A stretch of 64,000 bases of DNA from Nemertoderma westbladi. Lineage: Eukaryota > Animalia > Xenacoelomorpha. The notes below the pieces were generated by a model that saw nothing but the letters and a program-made list of their open reading frames with translations, searched no databases and was not told where the DNA came from. The first letter of the stretch is position 1. Every line of letters begins with the position of its first letter. A program made the translations under genes and the position numbers. Below, piece after piece: positions 47,931 to 58,563 of this stretch. The DNA lies in the NCBI GenBank assembly GCA_032718475.1, contig JAUCBJ010007480.1, positions 32,214-96,213 on the forward strand, written 5' to 3'.

Positions 47931-50900
47931 TTACGTGATGGAGTCCCTAGATATTTGTCGAATTAGGGAAGTGGTCGTAGGAAGAGTATCTTGCCTTCCA
48001 TGGTTTCCGGACAGTTTTCGGTCTCTTCCCGGTAAACCTAAACGACCAGCTGGGCGATTAGGCCGTCGTGATATTTCCTCCGCTCCCTTGGCCTGTCTAA
48101 TCTCCGCCGCGGCAAGACGAGGAGGCCATTCTTCTTCTTCTTTACTTAGGGAGTCGGGTCCACCCAACCAGCCGGGAGTATCTATCCGTTCTTGAGGAGT
48201 TACTCCTCTGGAAGCGATGTCGGCTAGATTAATCGTCTCGGGTCGATGTCTCCATTGATCTACATTGGAGTTGATATCGTCGCTATCTGAGGAGTATGTT
48301 GTTCCCTCAGTGGCTTCGTCCACCTCACTGCTCTCCTCTTCCCAAGCTTTTACTTGAAGTATCCGGTCTTGTGGCAGTCTTTCTTCAAGGGTTCTGCGGG
48401 AAGGGCCAGTGAAGTACCAACCTACTCGAGTTCTTACCGCATAAGGTTGTAATGGCTGCGGTTGAGCAGGCCGTTTCTCTAACGTCTCGAGCGCCTCATG
48501 CGCGTTTTGGCCGATAAGGATTTGTACTCCAGGATAATCAGTTTGGAATCGAGGTATTCCCAAATGTTGGATGTTCTCGTCCTCGTCCCAGTCATAAGGT
48601 TCTACTTGAGTAGTAGCGAAGTTCTTTATTGCCACCATTTTTACTGACTCTATACTTTGTTCCCCTAATTTATCCTGTGGAGTGGACAATGCGCCGATAT
48701 AATAATCTGCCATTAAGGTAGATTTCCAAACCTGCATAATTCCGGACATATTTAACTTAGTTCGGAATTTGGGTTGTCCAGCAAAAATATCCTCGGCTAA
48801 CTCCTTGTCGATGAATGTTCCGGTGCTACCTGAGTCAAGGAGGGCGTTCACTATGTAACTTTTGTTGGGACCGTGAACTCTTACCTGGACTACCGGAAAT
48901 TCTCGTATTCCTATGTTGGATGTTGGAGTTTTCCGAGATGGTTGCTTGTCCAAGGAGGTTGATGGAAACTCCGTGTCGTTATCCTTTTCGTACGTAAGTG
49001 CTCGATACACTGCGGTGTTTATTAGATAACAGGATTCGTTGGCATCAGAGAATTCGTCAGTATAGAATCCTTCCCACTCAGAACTTTGGTCAGTGTCGTT
49101 CACATCACTGAATTGGACATGTGATTTGGGCTCACTTACCTGACTCGGGTGGTTTCGTTCGAATTCTGTGTGCAATAAGCTATGATGTTTCGCGCCGCAC
49201 TTAGCACACCTTGCGTCAGAGTAACAGGTTCGCCGCTGGTGTCCGCGTCTGAGACAGTTATAACACAACCGCTTATCCCACAGGACTCCACGTCTATCTG
49301 CCAGGGATTTCTTTTGGAATTCCGCACACGCACTCAAACGGTGGGGCCCGTCGCACAGCGCACATTTTGGTTTGATGTTACTCACTTTAACTTGGGCAAT
49401 GCTGTGCACTTTCGCTCGTTCTTCGGGCTTGCTTACCTGAATTCCTTTGGGAGATTGAGGAGGGGTTTTGTTAAACTTATCTCTCCTATCATTGGTTCGA
49501 GGTTGGTATTTACTTACGTCTCTCGGGCTTTTGTTAACATAATAAGAGTGGTCTGTGTCTTTTCCGCTGTCTTCTTCTTGAGAAACTTGGCTCTCGCCTT
49601 CGTCAGTATAACATACTGGGGTTACTCTCCTTCTAGAAACTGGTTTCTCACTTACCTTGGTTTCCGATGTTTTTTCTCGAGATTGCTTGATTAGCTGTAG
49701 TTTAACCTCGCAGTCTAGGAATGACATGAGATCCGACATGAGAGGACTCCTTTGTTGTTGTTCCATCATATACAACACCCTCTTGTCCCAACGTGTACAT
49801 ACTCCACCCTTTGGCAAAGTAGAGACTATAGCTCCGATAACCATGGAGCTCTGATATTCATGGGACTTACCTAACCAATCCAATTGTCGGCAGATTTCTT
49901 GAATCTCATCGGAAAACTCTATAATCTCGTTACTAAGGAACTTTCGAGGAGCTACCAGTTTTGCATACAAATACTTAGCGATATTATCTTTATTACCATA
50001 CCTGGTGTTTAATGTGTCCCAGACTTGTCTTAATCCATTTGGATGTCCAATAAACTTCAACGCCATTAACTTGGGAGGTCCTTCCAAACATTTGATGAGG
50101 AATCTCAGTTTCTCTCCGCTAGATAGTACAGAGTTCTGTATGCTATCTTCATAATATTCTTTAAAAGGTAACCATTTCATCTCATCACCGTTGAATTTGA
50201 CAATTTCTCCCACTTTGACCGCTTGGCGGGCTTCTGTTCTAGCCATCTGACGCGTAAAGCTTTCTTGGGCCATCGTGTTATTTAATATCGAATTATCGGT
50301 ATATAAATTTTGCGGATTATTATCAGGTCTATAGGGAATATCATTACTCACAGGTTTGTAATCTCCTTTAATAGGGTTTACTATAGGAGTTTCTACATCG
50401 CTAGCAGTATATATGCGTATAGGCGACACACCTTGCGCATGATACACTTCAGACCTAGCAGGTTGACACAGGGTTACAGGGGGTGTTTCTACTTTACTAG
50501 CAGTATATATGCGTGTAGGCGACACACCTCGCGCATGATACACTTCAGACCTAGCAGGTTGACACAGGGTTACAGGGGGTGTTGGTATTCCCCTTTGTAT
50601 ATTGACTAATTTGTCGCGCTCTAATGCGATATTTTGCTGCACTTCTTGCAGCTCTATCCTACTATCCCTTACGGTTCCCTTGAGTTGGTAGACAGTCCCT
50701 TCTAAGTCCCGGATCTGTTGCGAGGAACAGTCCCGCTGTTCCCGCATTTGACCGAGCAAGAGACTCATCTCCCGCCGTCCCTTCTCCACCCACTCGACCG
50801 CCGAAGCGGGAGTCGCCAACGTTGTAGCGGGCCGTATCGGGGCGACGGGAGACAGATCTTGTATGTCTCTCTCGGTCTCCAGAACCGGGGCTTGGGCTGC

Positions 50901-52232
50901 TCCACCAGGTGCCGTTAGTTTAATAGTACTGTGTAAAGGGAATTTGGTAGTAGGTTTGGGGAGTACAGGGGTCTCTCTCACCGAAGTGGTGTTTTCTAGA
51001 ACAGGCCTAATTATTTCCGGCTCATCTACTATAGTAGGGAGTCTGGTAATGGTAATAGTTTGGTCTGTGGGTTCTGTACTATCTACTGCTATGCTAGCTA
51101 GTTGTCTCTTAACAGCTGGAGGCAAATCAGGCAATTTCTGACGTGGAGACATTCTTTTACGCCTACTGAGACGAGATCTATTTCCTCCACCTTCAGGGTC
51201 GGTAGTGTCTCCTTCCTCCGATGATGTATACCCTTGGCGTTTCGAAGTAGATCGACTCAGTATCTTCATTCGACTTTCTGTGAGGCGTTTATCGATGTAA
51301 TCATGTGTCTCTTGCAGATTTGCCAACTCTAGTTGGGCGATCTCGTCAGAAGCTCTCTTTTCCGCTTCTGCCAATTTTCTTTCTGCCTCTGCCTCTGCCG
51401 CTGCCGCTGCTAATTTTCTTTCTGCCTCTGCCTCTGCTGCTGCCGCTGCCCTTTTTGCTGCCTCTGCCTCTGTCGCTGCCGCTGCTATCTTTCTTGCTGC
51501 CTCTGCCTCTGCCACTGCTACTGCCTTTCGATCTTCTATTCGTTTTTTCTGGACTTGTGTTTCCTGGGCTCTAGCGATGCGTCTTTCCTCATCAAATTTA
51601 GCTTGATCTTCAGCTAACATCTCAGCATCAAGGTCGTCCAACACACGCTTAGCCCCTGCACTATTAGGTGTAAATCCATGCAACCGTCTTCTCAACTCCT
51701 CGTCTCCTATGAATCGCTGATAATCTGACAGATAGATATCGATTGCATCTCTAGTTCGCGGCTTCTCTGTAGATGTTAATTCGCTTTCCACTTCGCTTTC
51801 CACTTCGCTTTCCACTTGGGAAGAAGGGGCGTCGGTTGATTCTTCAAAGGTTGGCCGCTCATCGCAAACCGTATCCGCAATTTTCGCCCCGCGTTCGGGC
51901 GTCCGCTCAACAGTCTCCGAACTACTGGAGCTATCTGGTCGCTGGGGACTAGGTTCTCGATCAGGATGTTGCTGCGATAGGACAGCTTCCTCTAGGTTCC
52001 GTTTTACCTGGGCCCGAGTGCCTATGATAGACCTATGGTGGATTAGCCTAGGGTCTGATACTACTACTGTAGGGCTAGGGATGACCTTGCTTACAGTAGG
52101 AGGGGACTTGGACTTCGGTCTCAGACGTTCTATACTCTTAGCTGAGTCCCAGATCTTTTTAAGACCCTGTCTAACACTCGTTCTAGCACTTTCTAAGAAA
52201 CTATCTGACAGTGATTGGGTTTGTTCAGCCAT
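47931..52232 (-). CDS. BEL/Pao Gag-protease fused in frame to an RNase H C-terminal remnant (1433 aa)
   Basis: Same DUF1759, triple-knuckle and LLDSGS motifs, then directly QWRHRPETINLADIASRG...WLGGPDSL..EEWP; internal 32-aa duplication. Confidence 0.93.
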   Translation of the reverse strand: MAEQTQSLSDSFLESARTSVRQGLKKIWDSAKSIERLRPKSKSPPTVSKVIPSPTVVVSDPRLIHHRSIIGTRAQVKRNLEEAVLSQQHPDREPSPQRPDSSSSSETVERTPERGAKIADTVCDERPTFEESTDAPSSQVESEVESEVESELTSTEKPRTRDAIDIYLSDYQRFIGDEELRRRLHGFTPNSAGAKRVLDDLDAEMLAEDQAKFDEERRIARAQETQVQKKRIEDRKAVAVAEAEAARKIAAAATEAEAAKRAAAAAEAEAERKLAAAAAEAEAERKLAEAEKRASDEIAQLELANLQETHDYIDKRLTESRMKILSRSTSKRQGYTSSEEGDTTDPEGGGNRSRLSRRKRMSPRQKLPDLPPAVKRQLASIAVDSTEPTDQTITITRLPTIVDEPEIIRPVLENTTSVRETPVLPKPTTKFPLHSTIKLTAPGGAAQAPVLETERDIQDLSPVAPIRPATTLATPASAVEWVEKGRREMSLLLGQMREQRDCSSQQIRDLEGTVYQLKGTVRDSRIELQEVQQNIALERDKLVNIQRGIPTPPVTLCQPARSEVYHARGVSPTRIYTASKVETPPVTLCQPARSEVYHAQGVSPIRIYTASDVETPIVNPIKGDYKPVSNDIPYRPDNNPQNLYTDNSILNNTMAQESFTRQMARTEARQAVKVGEIVKFNGDEMKWLPFKEYYEDSIQNSVLSSGEKLRFLIKCLEGPPKLMALKFIGHPNGLRQVWDTLNTRYGNKDNIAKYLYAKLVAPRKFLSNEIIEFSDEIQEICRQLDWLGKSHEYQSSMVIGAIVSTLPKGGVCTRWDKRVLYMMEQQQRSPLMSDLMSFLDCEVKLQLIKQSREKTSETKVSEKPVSRRRVTPVCYTDEGESQVSQEEDSGKDTDHSYYVNKSPRDVSKYQPRTNDRRDKFNKTPPQSPKGIQVSKPEERAKVHSIAQVKVSNIKPKCALCDGPHRLSACAEFQKKSLADRRGVLWDKRLCYNCLRRGHQRRTCYSDARCAKCGAKHHSLLHTEFERNHPSQVSEPKSHVQFSDVNDTDQSSEWEGFYTDEFSDANESCYLINTAVYRALTYEKDNDTEFPSTSLDKQPSRKTPTSNIGIREFPVVQVRVHGPNKSYIVNALLDSGSTGTFIDKELAEDIFAGQPKFRTKLNMSGIMQVWKSTLMADYYIGALSTPQDKLGEQSIESVKMVAIKNFATTQVEPYDWDEDENIQHLGIPRFQTDYPGVQILIGQNAHEALETLEKRPAQPQPLQPYAVRTRVGWYFTGPSRRTLEERLPQDRILQVKAWEEESSEVDEATEGTTYSSDSDDINSNVDQWRHRPETINLADIASRGVTPQERIDTPGWLGGPDSLSKEEEEWPPRLAAAEIRQAKGAEEISRRPNRPAGRLGLPGRDRKLSGNHGRQDTLPTTTSLIRQISRDSIT

Positions 52233-53530
52233 GTTTGATTGTACAGTTGAATGCCTACTGCTATAGTTACAGTTAAAGCAAGTCTAGTAATTCAGTAAGA
52301 CTGTTGGCCTAGTACCGGTAATTAATTGCAATATATTAGAATACCGGTATACACTTATAGTATATATAAGTATAACAGACTAGATTTGTCACAGAGTACC
52401 GATATATAATTTTAGCACAAATATATATAAATATATAATAGGCCTATCGTGAATACCGGTATACAGCTGACACTTATAGTATATATAAGTATAATTATTA
52501 CTAGAATTAATTACAGAATACCGGTATGATTTCAGCTCAAATTTATAGAAATAAATATAATAAACCTATTAGAGATACCGGTATATCAATTATTTAGGAT
52601 AATTGAATTTCTGAAATTATAAGTTACTTAGTTACTTGAGTTTACTTTGTTACCGTTATGCAAGCAGTAGTCCAACTGATATTGTGACCTACTTGTTGTA
52701 TGGCAGGCCTACTGATTTATAAATCTTTGGAGTTGATTTATAATATATATATATACCCTGATAAGGGATTTCGTTACAAGATTGAAATAGGTGTTACTAT
52801 TTCCGGCAAAATACCACTACACAGAAGCTAAGCGCTTTCAGTGAAGTACTACTTATGGGACACTAAACAGAATAATTCTACTGGCCTACGTTACTTATTT
52901 ACTAGTTACTTACTATTGGTGAGATTACAATCTCTAATAAACACACAAAACGTTACGTACAGAAATTTTTTAGGGCAATTTTACAGGGAAACTACTAACC
53001 AGTCTAACAAAGGGTTAGATCTTCTGGCTATTACAACGAACAGGATACTACGGTATTTGAAAATAATAAGTAGAAGTAAATACTGCGTTGTCTAGATAGG
53101 AAAGTACCACCGCCTGACGACCTACAGCCGTATCGCTATAGGTACAACGTTATGTATCTACGGAGTGTTCCTACCTAGAAGTTAATTACCGCCGTCTACC
53201 AGAACGAGCGTGCCTATTAACCACTTTACAACACAATAATGCCTACACTAATTACTTTCGGAAAGCACTGTACACTAAACCCTAAATTAGGTACAGGTAC
53301 TTGTAAAAACAGATAACCAGTAGTTAAATATACTTGAACAGTTAAAAGAACCACAGCATCTGCTGGAGTGACCGGGGCACTGAGTCACCAGTCTTTACCT
53401 ACGCCAAGCAGCCCGTGTAGTACTGGGGTTAATTTAACTATAACGGTATGTATAACAAACACAATTACTGTAGGAATAAACTTGGGGACATGAATGTTGC
53501 GAGTAATCGCATAAACTCTGAATAATAAAT

Positions 53531-54078
53531 ATTACGCTACCCGTACAGAATACTCAAATAAAATACAAACCGGATGCTGACAAACTACCATTAAGCCTAA
53601 ATAAACCACAGGATGTGCAGATTCCGAAACTTGTTAGTGAGTATGCGTGCTAATAAGGTAGCGCGGCTTATTCTTTATGGGGGTTGACCTTACAACTTAC
53701 GAGTTGCCCCAACTTACTAACTGGCACCTATCAGACTCTCTACACACGCGGCAATCTCTTCAGACCCAACAACAGCTAGGCAACAATCCAGCCTACAAAA
53801 TATCTAAATAATACTATTACGGTATCTGAACGGACTATACAGACAGTACAGTATAAACGCTGACGGACTACTATCAAGCCTAAATAACCACAGTATATGC
53901 AGATTCCGAAACTTGTTAGTGAGTATGCGTGCTAATAAGGTAGCGCGGCTTATTCTTTATGGGGGTTGACCTTACAACTTACGAGTTGCCCCAACTTACT
54001 AACTGGCACCTATCAGACTCTCTACACACGCTGTAATCTTCAAGCCTAACAACAGTCAGACAACAGTCCAGCCTACAA
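53531..54078 (-). repeat. Tandem ~282-bp duplication in the 5' leader of element 2
   Basis: gcagattccgaaacttgttagtgag... at 53617 and 53899. Confidence 0.85.
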
Positions 54079-54382
54079 TGATCTGAACAATCTGAGCAGA
54101 CTTACACGTCTTCAGCTCAATATTAACTTACTAGGAAATAAAACTGACAGAAATAAACCTAAGTAAAATCCCAATAAAAACCAGGCGTCCCCGATTTAGT
54201 ATCAAGACCTACCGGTATACAATAATCAAAATCGAATAATACTAATGTACTTGCACAGCAGTACCGGTTATGACAGTTGGGCCTACGGACCTACGGTAGT
54301 AGTACCGGTTATGACAGTTGGGCCTACTGACCTACTGGAGTGCCGGTATTTTCAATCTTATTGCTTACCGCAAATAAGATCG

Positions 54383-54393
54383 ATAGCTATTAT
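54383..54393 (-). promoter_or_regulatory. Non-tRNA primer-binding site (self-priming type), element 2
   Basis: Sense ATAATAGCTAT directly after the LTR CA; perfectly complementary to the sense strand of LTR 55168-55178 (44437-44447 in the 3' LTR). Confidence 0.75.
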
Positions 54394-55666
54394 TGTACGC
54401 GCTTTTATAGACCTTCAGCAGTTTAACCTGCCGAAATTTATATGTCTTTATTGATAATCTGCCTTTTATAAGATGACAAGATTTAATACAAAACAAACCA
54501 AAAACATTAGCCGAAGCCAGTCCATGCGCGTCCAAATGACCCGTTTATAACACCGGGAGACTGGATTCGTGGGCTTAAATTTATTTGCGGTCAAGCCTAC
54601 TGTATTATTCGATTGATTACTAATATATAATCTCTGACAATATTATTCACCTTCGGGAATATTAACAGTTCCTTTAGGACGTGGCGCTTTATCTATGTAA
54701 ACAGAGTTATGACTTATACCACTCACAACGATATGGCTTAAATTTCAAGCATAGGGCGCATTCTTTAGGAATGCTTTATTATCAGATCCAATCACTTTAC
54801 AATCACGCACGCTACCGGTAACGCACAACACTGCTCACTGATATGCCGACAGTTACTGACTTTGATCAGGTATAAAGAGATATGCACTGGACTCAGGTAG
54901 TGTCTGTCAAACAACATTAGATTCACTACAAACACAATAATAAAGTCGCAATTGTTGTACATAACCTTTCTCTCTAACCTGTAGTGTATCAAAGATATTG
55001 GGAAAATGTGGGTTGATTATTGATATTCTTCAACTAATAACATCCAATTATACTGATACAAATTACAAACAGTAAAAGCAGTATGACGGTAGGTTAAGAT
55101 ATAATTAGATTGCATTGAATTAAGATCGATATAAAGTGATATGAATCGAGTTGATTTGTTAATAGCGATAATAGCTATGCTTTCTATAATTTAGCCTACT
55201 AATGTTCTTACAAAAGGGCAGAAACATTGCGTCATTCCAGCCGATCTTCAGGCAGTATGGAACGACATAAACACTGAGTTTGGGAGCTGCTGTAGGTATC
55301 TCTTCAAGGAAAACGCAAATCGCCCTGATTGGTTGTTAGACCAAAACAAAGGAACCAGGAGTCCAATGAGAGCTCCCTCCACGTCATCATCCAGCTGGGA
55401 GATGTCGTAATCAGAATCCTTCCCTTGACATAGTGACAGTGAAATGCCGCATTGCGGGGTTTGTACCCTGCTACGTCCGCATAAAGCACACATTCAGAAG
55501 AATCTATTTTATGTCCGTTAAAAACACTTATACAGCACCCCGAGGGCTAGGGGATCCAATTATATCTGTAAACGCTTTTACAGCAGGTTTCAGAGTATTT
55601 CAGCGTATGGGGGGAAAACTGGATCGCGGGGCGAAGGACCAGTTGCATCCCACAGAAGCTTTTACA
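54394..55666 (-). repeat. 5' LTR of element 2
   Basis: Matches 43669-44935. Confidence 0.95.
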
Positions 55667-55707
55667 GTGGAGGTGTTGTAGCTGTGGGGGAGACAGGTGG
55701 AGAATCA

Positions 55708-56625
55708 TTAATTTTTTTTAACAATCGTATTATTCATGCAATAATTTTTTTTAACAATCGTATTATTCATGCAATATTTTTTTTAATAATCAATAATTAT
55801 TCATGAAATAATTTTTTTTAATAATCAATAATTATTGATTATTAAAAATATTTATTTTAATAATCAATAATTATTCATGCAATATTTTTTTTAATAATCA
55901 ATAATTATTCATGAAATAATTTTTTTTAATAATCAATAATTATTCATGCAATATTTTTTTAAATAATCAATAATTATTCATGCAATATTTTTTTTAATAA
56001 TCAATATATAATTATTCATGCAATATTTTTTTTAATAATCAATAATTATTTTTGAAATAATTTTTTTTAATAATCAATAATTAATTATTGATTATTAAAT
56101 ATATTTTTTTAATAATCAATAATTATTCATGCAATATTTTTTTTAATAATCAATAATTATTCATGAAATAATTTTTTTTAATAATCAATAATTATTGATT
56201 ATTAAATATATTTTTTTAATAATCAATAATTATTCATGCAATATTTTTTTTAATAATCAATAATTATTCATGAAATATTTTTTTTTTAATAATCAATAGG
56301 CCTAATTATTGATTATTAAAAATATTTTTTTTAATAATCAATAATTATTCATGAATATTTTTTAAAATGGTCAATAATTATTCATGCAATATTTTTTTTA
56401 ATAATCAATAATTATTCATGAATATTTTTTAAAATGGTCAATAATTATTCATGCAATATTTTTTTTAATAATCAATAATTATTCATGAAATAATTTTTTT
56501 TTAATAATCAATAATTAATTATTGATTATTAAATATATTTTTTTTAATAATCAATAATTATTCATGCAATATTTTTTTTAATAATCAATAATTATTCATG
56601 AAATAATTTTTTTAAATAATCAATT
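55708..56625. repeat. AT-rich ~33-bp satellite
   Basis: Tandem TAATAATCAATAATTATTCATGCAATATTTTTTT with self-complementary variants. Confidence 0.9.
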
Positions 56626-57125
56626 TATCACTCCATAACTTATTCAGTTATTTGCTTGCCTTCAATCTTCAAAAATTTACATATATTTGCATCAGCACAT
56701 TGACATCTAAACATTGCACATTTCTTCATCCAAGAACTTGAAGAGAGCGATATTTCACTTTTTAAATCTAATAAAATACTAAGAAATTGCAAAATGATGT
56801 TTTAAAACAATATAGTAAATAAGTTAGTGTTATTGCTGTACTCGTGTACTGTCAGACTGTACTGATAAGTGCTGTACTACTGTCTGACTGTACTAGTAGT
56901 ACTGTCAGACTGTAGTTAGTCTATATAATGTACAATGAAATTTACAGTAATTCGGATCCTACATTCTTAAATAAATCCTCTTAAAATGAACTGGCAAGTC
57001 ACCATTTTCTTAATTAAGAAAAATCAAGACATAAAATATTTAAATAATTTATTAATTAAAATAATTTCAGTAACATACTGAGAATCAGGTGATATAGGCT
57101 AATCTGATACGTGATACTGATAAGT

Positions 57126-58372
57126 CTACTCTATATCGAGGTAGAATAAAACGTCTGTCCTTATCTGATCTGATCTGATCTGATCTGACAGCATCTGATT
57201 CTATAACCAATCAGGAGAAAGAGATATAATATTTACCTAACTGTCTGTTAGGTAAATAGCCAATAGCTGAATAGGGGATCACGTTTCAGGTTGCCTGTTA
57301 CGTATCAGTATCATCATATGAAGTAGCATAGTACAGGCATACCAGTATGCATCTAATGCACAAATGCATGTTATTATATATTAAAAATGCGATATACAGT
57401 AGGATGAAGGATGGCGGGTATGAAAGTTGTGTGATTGTCCCAGCAAGATGGATAGCAGGATAGTTTCAGATGTAAACAACTTTCGTAGATTTAGTTGGTG
57501 TTGAAACATTAAACTTTTATTAAAAACAATACAGCATTTGCTGCAATATTTTTTTCGTAAATCTTTCTTGTTAATAGTTATCATTATTAATAGTTAAAGT
57601 TAATTATATTAATTATAATTAATATTATTAATTAAGTACGGTAATGATACTTATTAATATATTACATTTAAAATATTTATCTAACCAAAACAATAAACGA
57701 CGTTGTTACCTACAAATTGAGGGAAAGGAGCAGGTTACCGAGACAGGGTTTTCTAACCAAAACAATAATAAACGATTTTGTTACCTACCAATTGAGGGAA
57801 AGGAGAATATGTTACCGCGGCGGCTTGTTTACACCCACCTTCTTACTAACCGTCCGACTAACTGATCAATAGATCACCCCCCTCAAAAAATAAAGGACAT
57901 CGCACACGCGCATAAAACACTTAATAAAGATAAATTTAATAAAAAATATCGACCAATAAAAGCTAATTTATTTGAATTCCTTTTAGTTCATTTCAGTTAG
58001 TCTTTATAGTTAGTATCGTTAGTTTCAGAGCGGGAGGTATTATATTGACCCCCCCCCCCCCCCGGGTTTAAGGGGAATACCGGGGAAACTTCACATGCTG
58101 ACATAGGCAGAAAGTCCGGTACTCATTTAGCTACCATTTAAGGATGCAAGGCAGAGATTCCTCGCTAAACCCTTCAAAACATTCGTGCCGAAACGAAAAC
58201 TACCTTGGCCCCATGCCGGGGTTGAACCCACAACCTCCGGGAGAGATGTGAATTCAATATAACCACTACACCAAGGTGCGCTCTGACTGACTGAACCAAG
58301 GTGGAACAAGTATCAGATACCGTCAGATCAGATCAGATAAGGACAGACGTTTTAGCCATCCTACTCTATATC
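57126..58372. mobile_element. Inverted-repeat-bounded ~1.25-kb element containing the SINE
   Basis: aaaacgtctgtccttatctgatctga (~57148) is inverted at ~58323-58353; direct repeat ctactctatatc at 57126 and 58361. Confidence 0.5.
58060..58281 (-). mobile_element. tRNA-derived SINE
   Basis: Minus-strand A box TGGTGTAGTGG and B box GGTTCAACCCC, followed by a body also present at 21360-21460. Left boundary approximate. Confidence 0.65.
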
Positions 58373-58563
58373 ACTGCAGTATTTATAGGCAAGTGCATAT
58401 TTAGGATTACACTAATAAGAATTAATTACATTATTAGCTACATGCTGTCAGGCTGTTGTTTGTGCTACAATATATACTGAAAACCGCATGCAAACATAGG
58501 ATAAATGTGAAACGATACAGATACCGCAGGAAATAGGACACCAGCTGGCAGCATTCCGGCATT

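Larger units (their letters stand above)
43669..55666 (-). mobile_element. Non-autonomous BEL/Pao-derived LTR retrotransposon, copy 2
   Basis: LTRs at 43669-44935 and 54394-55666 (TG...CA); same PPT and layout as element 1; no TSD found. Confidence 0.93.

Noticed and set aside
58205-58281. Functional tRNA gene
   Set aside because: A and B boxes are present but there is no convincing anticodon arm, and it is attached to a repeated SINE body.
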